Assembly: GCA_964371845.1 (NCBI GenBank)
Contig: CAYJOO010000002.1
Coordinates: 1 to 29,198, forward strand
Reading direction: 5' to 3'
Source of the DNA: an uncultured Azospirillaceae bacterium
GTDB taxonomy: Bacteria > Pseudomonadota > Alphaproteobacteria > RF32 > CAG-239
DNA length: 29,198 nucleotides
In this document: in pieces, positions 11,407 to 20,073 of the stretch
Layout of the letters: each line of letters starts with the position of its first letter
Numbering within the stretch: the stretch's first letter is position 1
The notes under the pieces: model-generated
Databases searched by the model: none
Seen by the model: the letters and a program-made list of their open reading frames with translations, nothing else
Told to the model about the DNA's origin: nothing
Translations under genes and position numbers: made by a program

Positions 11407-12113
11407 TTATTTATCAAGACAATTGTTTATTTGATATAAACTATCTGGGTTGAATTTTATGCCATTGATATTGGCACCAAAATGGAGATGTGGGCCAGTT
11501 GAGCGCCCTGTTGAGCAAACAAGCCAAATTGTTTGCCCCTTTTTGACAATATAACCTTCTTTGACCACGTTTTTATTAAAATGTGCATAAAAAGTTTTAA
11601 GTCATCACCATGGTTTATTACGATTAAGTTGCCATTATAAAAACCGTTTTCTATTACTCCAACGATAACTCCGTCTCCACTGGCAACAACTTCTGTGCCA
11701 GTTGGCCTTGCGATGTCAACTCCTAAGTGTGGGTTTTTGGGCGTGCCATTATATATGCGTTGTCCGCCATATTTGCCAGAAATTCTACCATCCAGAGGTT
11801 TTATAAAGCCGTTTTTCCAGTATTGTTTGGTGATTTTTTTAGTGTATGCCTGTTTTACTTGGGCAGATTCTTTTTTTATTAAGGCTTGATGTTCAGGATT
11901 TGGGGTTACGGTTTTTTGTGGCACGCCGTTGACGTGTTGAATATCCCAACTGATTTTTTTTATATTATATTTTTTGGTTGATTTGGCGTCTCTGTCAAAG
12001 GCGATGAGTTTGCCGTTTTCTATGATTAAGCCACCCTGCTCCAAGTTGCCACAAAAGTTGTGCCCATAAGCTGAGGTGGTTAAGAGCATTGCTATTAATA
12101 TATATTTTTTCAT
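11407..12113 (-). pseudogene. M23 family (LytM-like) metallopeptidase, frameshifted near 11589-11598 (pseudogene or sequence error)
   Basis: Signal-peptide-like MKKYILIAMLLTTSAYG and HLGVD (HxxxD) in the annotated frame. The second half, FYAH...KKGQTI...STGRSTGPHLHFG...stop at 11407-11409, lies in the -1 frame. Confidence 0.85.
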
Positions 12114-12172
12114 TTTTTTAATATATTACAAACACCTTAAAATTTAATTAATCTAATATGGACAAAAAAAGC

Positions 12173-12200
12173 TTGCATAATTGTTTTTATCTGTTATTTT
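12173..12200 (+). promoter_or_regulatory. Possible promoter for the 12247 ORF
   Basis: TTGCAT (12173-12178), 16-nt spacer, TATTTT (12195-12200) with an extended TG. It lies across the track's TTG start at 12181, which favours ATG 12247. Confidence 0.35.
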
Positions 12201-12246
12201 GCGCTTGATATTTTTTATTATTAACATAATTTTTATTTATTTGATT

Positions 12247-13350
12247 ATGAAACAAACTATTGATTGGCAAAAAATGTTTGCCGATGATTTATACCAAATC
12301 GGTCAGGAGTATAACGTTAATACTGTTACAACTTCTGATGAGAAAACACACGTAGTTTTTTCAGAAACTTTGCAAGGTTTTATCCTAAATGAGGACTTTA
12401 ATTTGCCTCTGTCTAAAATGTTTAAGGCAAAAATTGTTGACATTGTTGATGGAGTGCCAAGATTTTGTATTGATCCGATGGATCTGTTTATATACAAAAA
12501 TAATCATGTTGGAGTAATTCAACTGATGAAAGGTAACCTTGTTATCGGAAGCTTTGAAGGCGATGATGATAAAGGCTGGATATATAAAGGCCGCAAATTT
12601 GACTTTGAAAGAGGTATGAGAGTATCTCTTGAAAATGTTTCTTTTATTGAAGGGTGTAAATTTGAAGTGGCAAATATTTTCCCAGTAGTGGAAGAAGAAG
12701 AAGACGCTGAGGATAGGATTGATCCTCTAAAAATTATCCATAAGAAATGGCCTAATGAAGATATCGCAAAAATTAGAGCAAGAGGCTCTGCATCACAGTT
12801 TAATAGTGTTTATTTAGGCTCTATTTATGAGTTTAATGCTGTTAACCATGGATTAAAAGAGCTATCTTTAATGAAGAGTGGCTATAGGGCAAAAGTTACT
12901 TCGTTTTTGCCACGCAATTGCGAGAAGGGCAAGGCACGAGTGACATGGATCACTCATCAAGGTGATACAAAAGCGTTCTCTGTAGAAATTGTTGAGGCCA
13001 GAGACTATAATGGCAACGTGTTGTCAAAACAAGAATTTGATCCCAACAAGGACTCTGCAGTATATCATGCCGCACAACTTAAGGGAGAGGTTCTCAGAGT
13101 TGGTGTTTATGGCGTTGGATATACGTATCCTGCGACAGTTCAAGAAGATGGAAGTTTTTTGCTTCCGATTGTTAACCGATCTTACTTTGAGAAGGTTGAG
13201 GCCATCGATATTGAGGTTATTAACGAAGGTGAAGTAGAATTGCAATCAAATGCAAAAATGGCACCATTAAAAATAATTTCAATAAAGCCTGTTGATGCTG
13301 ACAAAAACCATTATAAATTTATGGTTAAGCTGATACAAATACAAAAATAA
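12247..13350 (+). CDS. Hypothetical protein (367 aa), possibly tandem OB/S1-like beta-barrel domains
   Basis: Long ORF followed by its own terminator. The 22 residues upstream in the track look like translated AT-rich intergenic DNA. Beta-rich pattern with recurring Y-x(1,2)-G-x-x-Y motifs. Confidence 0.7.
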   Translation: MKQTIDWQKMFADDLYQIGQEYNVNTVTTSDEKTHVVFSETLQGFILNEDFNLPLSKMFKAKIVDIVDGVPRFCIDPMDLFIYKNNHVGVIQLMKGNLVIGSFEGDDDKGWIYKGRKFDFERGMRVSLENVSFIEGCKFEVANIFPVVEEEEDAEDRIDPLKIIHKKWPNEDIAKIRARGSASQFNSVYLGSIYEFNAVNHGLKELSLMKSGYRAKVTSFLPRNCEKGKARVTWITHQGDTKAFSVEIVEARDYNGNVLSKQEFDPNKDSAVYHAAQLKGEVLRVGVYGVGYTYPATVQEDGSFLLPIVNRSYFEKVEAIDIEVINEGEVELQSNAKMAPLKIISIKPVDADKNHYKFMVKLIQIQK

Positions 13351-13356
13351 AAATTT

Positions 13357-13384
13357 GCGAGTGTTTTTACACTCGCTTTTTTTT
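13357..13384 (+). terminator. Rho-independent terminator between the convergent 12247 ORF and xseA
   Basis: Perfect GCGAGTGT-TTTT-ACACTCGC hairpin followed by T8. Confidence 0.85.
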
Positions 13385-14666
13385 AGTCAAATAATGTTGG
13401 TTGTTTGCCAATTGTGCGGCTTTTCTTGTTATCTTTTGGAGCATTTTTGCTTTTTTGTGATGGCTGTATTTTGTTGTCTGTGATGTTTGTTTTTTTTATA
13501 AAAGCATCAACATTGCCATCTGCAAAAGTTATTGTCATTTCATCATTGAGGTTTTTGACACTGCTAATAACTTTGCCGTCTGTATTTTTTATTAAAGCAT
13601 ACCCTCTTTTTAAGACATTATTAAAAGACACGCTTTCTAGCCTTATGTTAAAACCTTCAACCTTATCTTTAAGTCTTGAAAATAGGTTGTTGTATGCAAG
13701 GGATAATCTTTGGGTTTTGTCATCTAGTTTTTGAGATATTTCTAATAATATTTGATTTAAGTTTGGAATGCCACGTGATAATCCTTCTAATTTTGTTTTT
13801 TGTTCTGAGAAATATCTTTGTGTTGCATTTAATAATCTTGATTGAATATTTAAGACATTTGCCTCTAATTCTCTTTTGACTGGCACGGCCATTTCTGCAG
13901 CACCTGTTGGTGTTGGAGCTCTTAAGTCTGCAACATAGTCTATTAACATTGTGTCTGTCTCATGCCCGACTGCTGAAATAATTGGTATTTGTGAATTGTA
14001 GACTGCCTCTATTACGGCTTCTTCATTAAAACACCACAAGTCTTCTAAGCTGCCACCACCACGAGCCACAATTATAACATCTGGTTTGTCTTCTATTGAA
14101 TTTAAGAGTTTAATAGCTTCTGCAATTTTAATCTCTGCGCCCTGCCCTTGAACCGGAGTTGGAACAACAAGCAAGGGAAGAGGAAATCTGTCTGTTATTC
14201 TATGTATTATATCACGAATAACCGCACCACTTTGCGATGTGACAATGCCGATTTTGTTTGGCAAATATGGAATTTTCTTTTTCTTTGAGGTGTCAAAATA
14301 TCCTAGTTCTAAAAACTTTTTTTTGCGCTCTTCTAAAAGCTTTAATAATGCGCCTTCTCCTGCTATTTCAATACTTTCAATCACTAGTTGGTATGATGAC
14401 TTTGAAGGAAATGTGGATATTTTGCCGGTGGCGATAACCTCCATTCCGTCTTCTAACTTTACAGCTAATTGATTATAAACGCCCTTCCAACAAACTGCGG
14501 ATAATGCTGAGTTATCATCTTTTAATGAAAGATAGCAATGGCCGCTATCAGCACGTTTAAAGCCAAATATTTCACCTTTGATTTTAACTTTGCCAAAAGC
14601 TTGCTCAATTATTTTTTTGAACTCAAATGAAAATTCTGATACTGAAAAAATTGGCATCTCAGACAT
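13383..14666 (-). CDS. xseA: Exodeoxyribonuclease VII large subunit
   Basis: SGHCYLSLKD, IGIVTSQSGAVIRDI, ARGGGSLEDLWCFNEE, SAVGHETD and RAPTPTGAAE motifs. Confidence 0.97.
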   Translation of the reverse strand: MSEMPIFSVSEFSFEFKKIIEQAFGKVKIKGEIFGFKRADSGHCYLSLKDDNSALSAVCWKGVYNQLAVKLEDGMEVIATGKISTFPSKSSYQLVIESIEIAGEGALLKLLEERKKKFLELGYFDTSKKKKIPYLPNKIGIVTSQSGAVIRDIIHRITDRFPLPLLVVPTPVQGQGAEIKIAEAIKLLNSIEDKPDVIIVARGGGSLEDLWCFNEEAVIEAVYNSQIPIISAVGHETDTMLIDYVADLRAPTPTGAAEMAVPVKRELEANVLNIQSRLLNATQRYFSEQKTKLEGLSRGIPNLNQILLEISQKLDDKTQRLSLAYNNLFSRLKDKVEGFNIRLESVSFNNVLKRGYALIKNTDGKVISSVKNLNDEMTITFADGNVDAFIKKTNITDNKIQPSQKSKNAPKDNKKSRTIGKQPTLFD

Positions 14667-15507
14667 TTAACATACTTTCTGCAAAATCTTTGGCATTAAA
14701 CTCTTTTATGTCTGATAAGCCTTCCCCCGTGCCGACATAATATATGGGAAGCTTGAAGTCTTGAGCAAGAGCAACAACAATACCAGCCTTTGAAGAGCCG
14801 TCTAATTTGTTGATTATCAAACCATCAAGGCCTATAAATTGATCAAAAGTTTTTACTTGACCGATGGCGCTTTGCCCTGTTGTGCCGTCTAAACAAAGTA
14901 TTTTGCAATGAGGCGCTGAGCTATCTATTTTTTTTATAACAGAAACCATTTTTTTGAGCTCATCCATTAGGTTTGTTTTGTTTTCTAATCTGCCGGCTGT
15001 GTCTATGATTAAGATATCATCACCTCTTGTTTGTGATGATTTTAATGAATCAAAACACAATGATGCAGGGTCTTGATTGGGCATTCCGATAAATACATTG
15101 ATTTTATTTTTGTTGCCCCATTCTTCTAGTTGGCCAACTGCTGCAGCTCTAAATGTGTCTGCGGCAACCAATGAAACTTGTTTGCCTTGTTTTTTTAATA
15201 TGTGTGCAAGCTTGCCAATTGTTGTGGTTTTGCCAGCACCATTAACACCTGATACCATTATTATAAAAGGCTTGGCATCTATATATTTTATTTGCCCCTG
15301 AGAGTGCTCTAAAATATTTGCAATATATGATGCTAATTGTTTTTTTATGTTAATGTCTTTGTCTAAGTGCTCGTCTCTAAACTTTTGAATTATATCATCT
15401 GTTGCATGTATGCCAACGTCAGCGATAATCAAGCTTTCTTCAAGCTCTTCTAATGTTTTTTCATCTATTTTTTTGTTGCCAAATAAATTATTTATCCACT
15501 TTAACAT
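14659..15507 (-). CDS. ftsY: Signal recognition particle receptor FtsY (NG domain only)
   Basis: GVNGAGKTTTIGKLA, AADTFRAAA, DTAGRL, KLDGSSKAG and GTGEGLSD; no acidic A domain. Confidence 0.96.
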   Translation of the reverse strand: MLKWINNLFGNKKIDEKTLEELEESLIIADVGIHATDDIIQKFRDEHLDKDINIKKQLASYIANILEHSQGQIKYIDAKPFIIMVSGVNGAGKTTTIGKLAHILKKQGKQVSLVAADTFRAAAVGQLEEWGNKNKINVFIGMPNQDPASLCFDSLKSSQTRGDDILIIDTAGRLENKTNLMDELKKMVSVIKKIDSSAPHCKILCLDGTTGQSAIGQVKTFDQFIGLDGLIINKLDGSSKAGIVVALAQDFKLPIYYVGTGEGLSDIKEFNAKDFAESMLNV

Positions 15508-16510
15508 CTCTTAACTCTTTTGCTCTGGTTGTTTTTGTTTTGCTATCTACTTGAGGCATTTTTGCTGCCGGAGTGCCTTGTCTGATTGAATATGGAAACA
15601 CGTGCAATTGCTCTATTTTTGCAATCTTTACATTTTTTATTGTATTGTTGTGTTGCTCATCTGTTTCTGTTGGAAAACCACAAATGAAGTCTGCTCCTAA
15701 CTTTGCAGCGGGAATGGCTTGTTTTATTTTTGTACAAACTTCTAAAACTTTTGCAACGCTATGGCGTCTTCCCATGCGCTTTAATACCATGTCATCCAAT
15801 GATTGAATTGACAAATGAAAATATGGCAAAATGCGAGGATTTGATATTGTTTTGATAAAGTCATCATCAATTGTTGCAGGATCTAAGGAGCCAAGGGCTA
15901 GTTTGTTTATTTTTGTTTGATCTAATATGTTGATGATTAAATCTTTTAAGCTTGGTTGGTATGAACAAATATCAACACCTGTTAAACAAACTTCTTCAAA
16001 CCCTTGTTGGATTAATTTGTTTATTTGAGCTATAATATGCTCTTGGCCAAAGCTTTGAGACTTGCCCCTTGCATATGGAACAATGCAAAAGGTGCAAAAA
16101 TTATCACACCCGTTTTGAATTTGCACAAAGGCTTTTTGTTTGCCTTCAAACCCTGTTATGATATGTTTGTCATATCCATATTCTGCAAATATATCTGAGG
16201 TAATCTCTCCGTTTGCTTGAATGTGTTTTTCTATCTCTTGTTTTTCTTTGTTGCCCAAAACAAGATCAACCTCTGGCATTTGATTAAATTCTTCTGGGCT
16301 GGTTTGTGCAGCACAACCTGTTACAACAATTTTTTTGTTGGGATTTTCTTTTTTGAGTTTTCTGATTTTTTGTTTGCATTGGCGAGTTGCCTCAGATGTG
16401 ACTGTGCAAGTGTTTATGACTATTACATCATCCATACTCTCCAATTTTTCTTTTATTATTTGGCTTTCAAAAGCATTGAGTCTGCAGCCGAATGTTATTA
16501 TTTGCGCCAT
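15488..16510 (-). CDS. mtaB: tRNA t6A37 methylthiotransferase MtaB (short form)
   Basis: N-terminal TFGCRLN, NTCTVT and VTGCAAQ (UPF0004 Cys triad); radical SAM CDNFCTFC; GFPTET and HVFPYSIRQGT; adjacent to ftsY. Confidence 0.9.
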   Translation of the reverse strand: MAQIITFGCRLNAFESQIIKEKLESMDDVIVINTCTVTSEATRQCKQKIRKLKKENPNKKIVVTGCAAQTSPEEFNQMPEVDLVLGNKEKQEIEKHIQANGEITSDIFAEYGYDKHIITGFEGKQKAFVQIQNGCDNFCTFCIVPYARGKSQSFGQEHIIAQINKLIQQGFEEVCLTGVDICSYQPSLKDLIINILDQTKINKLALGSLDPATIDDDFIKTISNPRILPYFHLSIQSLDDMVLKRMGRRHSVAKVLEVCTKIKQAIPAAKLGADFICGFPTETDEQHNNTIKNVKIAKIEQLHVFPYSIRQGTPAAKMPQVDSKTKTTRAKELRDVKVDK

Positions 16511-16513
16511 GTT

Positions 16514-17305
16514 TTATACTTTCTTCTTTTTATAAAAAATTACAAGCAAGCCTGTTATGATAAATGGAAAAGATAATAGCTGCCCCATGGTCAAGCCACC
16601 AATTAAAAACCCGAGCTGAGCATCTGGCTGGCGATAGTTTTCTATAATTGCTCTAAACAATCCATATAATATAACAAACATTGCAGAAACAAAACCTGTG
16701 TGATTGCGTATTTTTTCAGATTTCCATAATATATTTAAGATAACAAAGGTAACAAAACCTTCTAAAAATGCCTCATACAATTGTGATGGATGTCTTGGCA
16801 AAAAACCACCTGATGGAAACTTGACTGCCCAAGGAACATCTGAGACCCTGCCCCATAACTCATCATTGATAAAGTTGGCAATTCTGCCTAAAAAGATGCC
16901 AATTGGAACATATAATGAAATTAAGTCTGTTATGTATAAAAACTTAAAGTTAAACCTTTTGCAATATAGATAAGTTGCTATTATTACACCAATTATGCCA
17001 CCATGAAAAGACATGCCGCCTTGCCATATTGCAAGTATTTGTAATGGGTTTTGCCAAAATTGACCATCTCCATAAAACAAAACATAACCTATTCTACCGC
17101 CAAGAACAACTCCCAGTGTGTAATAAAAGACAAGTTCTTCTACGTGTTTGGGGGTTATATCTAAATTGTATTTTTTTATGTTTTTTAATAACAAAAACCA
17201 TCCAATTAATATGCCAAACAAATATGCCAAAGAATAATATCTTATGGCAATAGGCCCAATTGAAACCAATATTGGCGATATATTTGGAAAATCTAATCCT
17301 GTCAT
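16514..17305 (-). CDS. lgt: Prolipoprotein diacylglyceryl transferase Lgt
   Basis: GGRIGYVLFY, WQGGMSFHGG, GRIANFINDELWGR, RHPSQLYEA and RQPD motifs. Confidence 0.97.
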   Translation of the reverse strand: MTGLDFPNISPILVSIGPIAIRYYSLAYLFGILIGWFLLLKNIKKYNLDITPKHVEELVFYYTLGVVLGGRIGYVLFYGDGQFWQNPLQILAIWQGGMSFHGGIIGVIIATYLYCKRFNFKFLYITDLISLYVPIGIFLGRIANFINDELWGRVSDVPWAVKFPSGGFLPRHPSQLYEAFLEGFVTFVILNILWKSEKIRNHTGFVSAMFVILYGLFRAIIENYRQPDAQLGFLIGGLTMGQLLSFPFIITGLLVIFYKKKKV

Positions 17306-17332
17306 TTAATGCTTCCTTTTATTATTGTTATA

Positions 17333-17360
17333 TTTATATACCAGATAACAATAGAGTCAA
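17333..17360 (-). promoter_or_regulatory. Possible promoter for lgt-mtaB-ftsY-xseA
   Basis: Minus-strand TTGACT (17360-17355), 16-nt spacer, TATAAA; AAAGGA RBS before the lgt ATG. Confidence 0.4.
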
Positions 17361-17364
17361 GTTG

Positions 17365-18690
17365 CTATTTGCTTGAAACAGAAATGTCTTTAATAAAAAT
17401 TGTTGGACTGCCAAATTGAGAGCCCTCAAACTCTAAATCATTACCAATAGCTTCTATATTTAAGAACAAGTCATATAGGTTTGTGTTGATAACAAATTGG
17501 CTTAAGGGCTTGTCAACCTTGCCATCAGTGATCATAAAACCTTCTGCTGCAAAAGATAAGTCTCCGGTTTTTTGGTTGTAACCAGAGTTTAATCCTGATA
17601 CTGAGGTTACATATATGCCATTATTGGCTTGTTTGATAACATCTTCTTTGCTTGATGACAAAGGCTTGATATATGCATTAAACAGCCTAATACCACCCAC
17701 AGAGTTTGCATTTGCTGTGGTTTGGACACCTGCCTTATGTGCAGTTCTTAAATTGTGCAATATTGTTTTTAAGTTGCCACATTCAATTAAGTTTTTGTTT
17801 TTTGTTGCAACGCCCTCTGAGTCAAATGAAATTGTGTCATAACCACCTTTGAGGTGTGGACTGTCAACCAATGTTACGATATCTGATGCAATTTTTTGGC
17901 CAATTTTATCTTCAAACTTTGAATATTTTTCTTCTATTGCGGTTGCATAAAATGGAGACATTAGTATGGGTAATAAATTGGCAAATGAGCTATTATTAAA
18001 GACTGTGTTGTATTTTTTTGATGCAATCTTGCTGCCACCTAATCTGTCAACTGCTCTTTCTACTGCCTTTTTTGCAATGCTTGTTATATCAAAATCTTTA
18101 TCTTCTATAAATGTTGTGTTAGCATAACCTGTTTTTATATCTGTATTTTCTTTTGCAGACAGATAAATGTTTGAATATGCACTTTGACTTTTATGTGACA
18201 AACTCAAACCTAAAGAGTTTTCTTTTATATAATGGCTTTCTGATTGTCTGTAGGTTGTGCTTATAACTTTGTTTATTCTTTTATCTAAAGTATATGCAGC
18301 TTGCTCAAGCCTGATTAAAAAATCTATTATATCTAATGAATTTAATTTTTGCATATTTGGCTTGTATGGCTCAACATCTTGATAAATGCTGCGACCATCA
18401 TGAAAAAAGTTTTCTTCCTCAAGCTCGATTGCGTTTGCGTTTTCTATTGCATTTTTGATTATATTATCAACATTGTCATCTTGTAGGCATTCTGTATGAT
18501 ATAAGCCTATTTTTTTGCCAATCTTGACTTTTATTGTAATATTCTCAATATCTTTTATGCTTGATGAATGAACTTTTTGCTCAAAAACGCTTATGCTATA
18601 ATCAGAAGTTTTTGCATAATCAATTTGATATGCATCAACATTTTGAGTGCTAAGATTTTCTTTTATTTTGCTTATAAAATCTTCTATCAT
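17365..18690 (-). CDS. pmbA: TldE/PmbA family protein
   Basis: FDSEGVAT, LIECGNLKTILHN and TGDLSFAAEGFMITDG; lacks HExxH, as expected for the non-catalytic partner. True start MIEDFISK at 18690 overlaps the tldD stop (TAATG). Confidence 0.9.
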   Translation of the reverse strand: MIEDFISKIKENLSTQNVDAYQIDYAKTSDYSISVFEQKVHSSSIKDIENITIKVKIGKKIGLYHTECLQDDNVDNIIKNAIENANAIELEEENFFHDGRSIYQDVEPYKPNMQKLNSLDIIDFLIRLEQAAYTLDKRINKVISTTYRQSESHYIKENSLGLSLSHKSQSAYSNIYLSAKENTDIKTGYANTTFIEDKDFDITSIAKKAVERAVDRLGGSKIASKKYNTVFNNSSFANLLPILMSPFYATAIEEKYSKFEDKIGQKIASDIVTLVDSPHLKGGYDTISFDSEGVATKNKNLIECGNLKTILHNLRTAHKAGVQTTANANSVGGIRLFNAYIKPLSSSKEDVIKQANNGIYVTSVSGLNSGYNQKTGDLSFAAEGFMITDGKVDKPLSQFVINTNLYDLFLNIEAIGNDLEFEGSQFGSPTIFIKDISVSSK

Positions 18691-20072
18691 TATCCCTGCC
18701 CTCCGACTAACATTTTTGAAACTCTTATGGTTGGCTGCCCCAACGAAGTTGGAACTGCGCCAGATATTGAGCCACAAACACCTTCATCAAACTGAATATC
18801 ATCTGCAATCATATCAATATTTTTTAAGACGTCTTGGCCTTTGCCAATAAGTTTTGCACCTTTTACGGGTTTGGTTATTTTTCCTTTTTCAATCAAAAAT
18901 GCCTCAGATGCCGCAAAATTGAATTCTCCTGTGGTTGTGTTTACTTGTCCACCATTAATGCCTGTAACATATAAGCCTGTTTGAGTGTTGGCGATGATGT
19001 CTTGTGCTTTTGACTTGCCTTGCATAATAAATGTATTGTTCATTCTTGATGTTGGGATGAATTTATAATTTTGTTTTCTGGCACTACCTGTTGAAGATAT
19101 GCCCATTTTTCTGCCATTAAAGTTGTCTATTAAATATGATTTTAAGATACCATTTTCTATTAACATATTTTTTTGAGTTGGGGTGCCTTCATCATCTATG
19201 TTAAGGCTTCCCCATGAGTTTTTAATTGTGCCATCATCGCAAGCTGAAAGAATTGGGCTTGCAATTTGCTCGCCTATTTTATCAGTAAAAACAGATGTTT
19301 TTTTGGCAACTGATGTTGCTTCCAAGCTGTGACCACAAGCCTCATGAAAAATTACACCACCTCGACCATTGCCAATGACAACAGGCATTGTGCCTGATGG
19401 GCAATTTATTGCACCCAGTTTATCTATTGCTTCTTTGATATTTTTTTGTGCAAAATCATTAATATCAATGTTTTCAAACAACTCATATCCTTGTGATGCA
19501 CCTATACTATAACTTGCAAAGTTTGTATCTGTGTTTTTTGTGACAATAACGTTTTGAGATATTCTGGCACGTATTCTGGTGTCTGTTGTGTATATACCTT
19601 GAGAGTTTGCTATCAGCACATCTTGATGATATTCCAATAAGTTTGAATCAACTTTTTCAACATAATTATTGGCGTTATATGTTTTGTTTGAAAGCTCTCT
19701 TAATAGTTCTATTTTTTTTGATTTTTCTATACTCTCAAAGTCAACAAGGGCTTTTGTATTAATTTTATAATTAAATTCTGCAAGCTCTTTTGGAGAGATG
19801 CTTTGTTTTGAGTTTATGTTTTGTGCTAAGCGTTTGGTTAAGTTTAACAAACTTGTTTCTGTTATGATGTTGGTATAACCATAGGTTTGAAAGTCATTTT
19901 TCATTAGTCTGATGCCAACACCAAACTCTTCATTTGAGTTTATGGCTTTTATAATTTTTTTGCTCATAAAAGTTCTATTGTCTTTTGTTTTTTCTGCAAA
20001 AATATCTATAAAGTCTGCGCCAAGCTCTGCTCCAAGATTTATTATTTTTTCACATAATTGCTTGCTTATCAT
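18690..20072 (-). CDS. tldD: TldD family metalloprotease
   Basis: FHEACGHSLE (HExxxH), DDGT, IDDEG, PTSRMNNT, GGQVNTTTGEFNF and C-terminal GVCGS...GQPT. Confidence 0.95.
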   Translation of the reverse strand: MISKQLCEKIINLGAELGADFIDIFAEKTKDNRTFMSKKIIKAINSNEEFGVGIRLMKNDFQTYGYTNIITETSLLNLTKRLAQNINSKQSISPKELAEFNYKINTKALVDFESIEKSKKIELLRELSNKTYNANNYVEKVDSNLLEYHQDVLIANSQGIYTTDTRIRARISQNVIVTKNTDTNFASYSIGASQGYELFENIDINDFAQKNIKEAIDKLGAINCPSGTMPVVIGNGRGGVIFHEACGHSLEATSVAKKTSVFTDKIGEQIASPILSACDDGTIKNSWGSLNIDDEGTPTQKNMLIENGILKSYLIDNFNGRKMGISSTGSARKQNYKFIPTSRMNNTFIMQGKSKAQDIIANTQTGLYVTGINGGQVNTTTGEFNFAASEAFLIEKGKITKPVKGAKLIGKGQDVLKNIDMIADDIQFDEGVCGSISGAVPTSLGQPTIRVSKMLVGGQG

Positions 20073-20073
20073 T

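Noticed and set aside
11585..11602. Programmed -1 ribosomal frameshift in the M23 gene
   Set aside because: No canonical X XXY YYZ heptamer in the correct frame and no obvious downstream stimulatory hairpin. The adjacent damaging substitutions favour error or decay.
11234..13350. tRNA-anchored genomic island or prophage attachment site
   Set aside because: No integrase and no duplicated tRNA 3' end seen in the window. The tRNA is followed by its own terminator and a typical M23 gene.
18691..18777. N-terminal extensions given by the ORF track for pmbA (also malQ 22084-22116, CDGSH 9992-10039, and the ORFs starting at 2325, 12181 and 26477)
   Set aside because: Downstream ATGs have better RBS, promoter or TAATG-coupling support. 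The extensions overlap upstream genes or promoter DNA.
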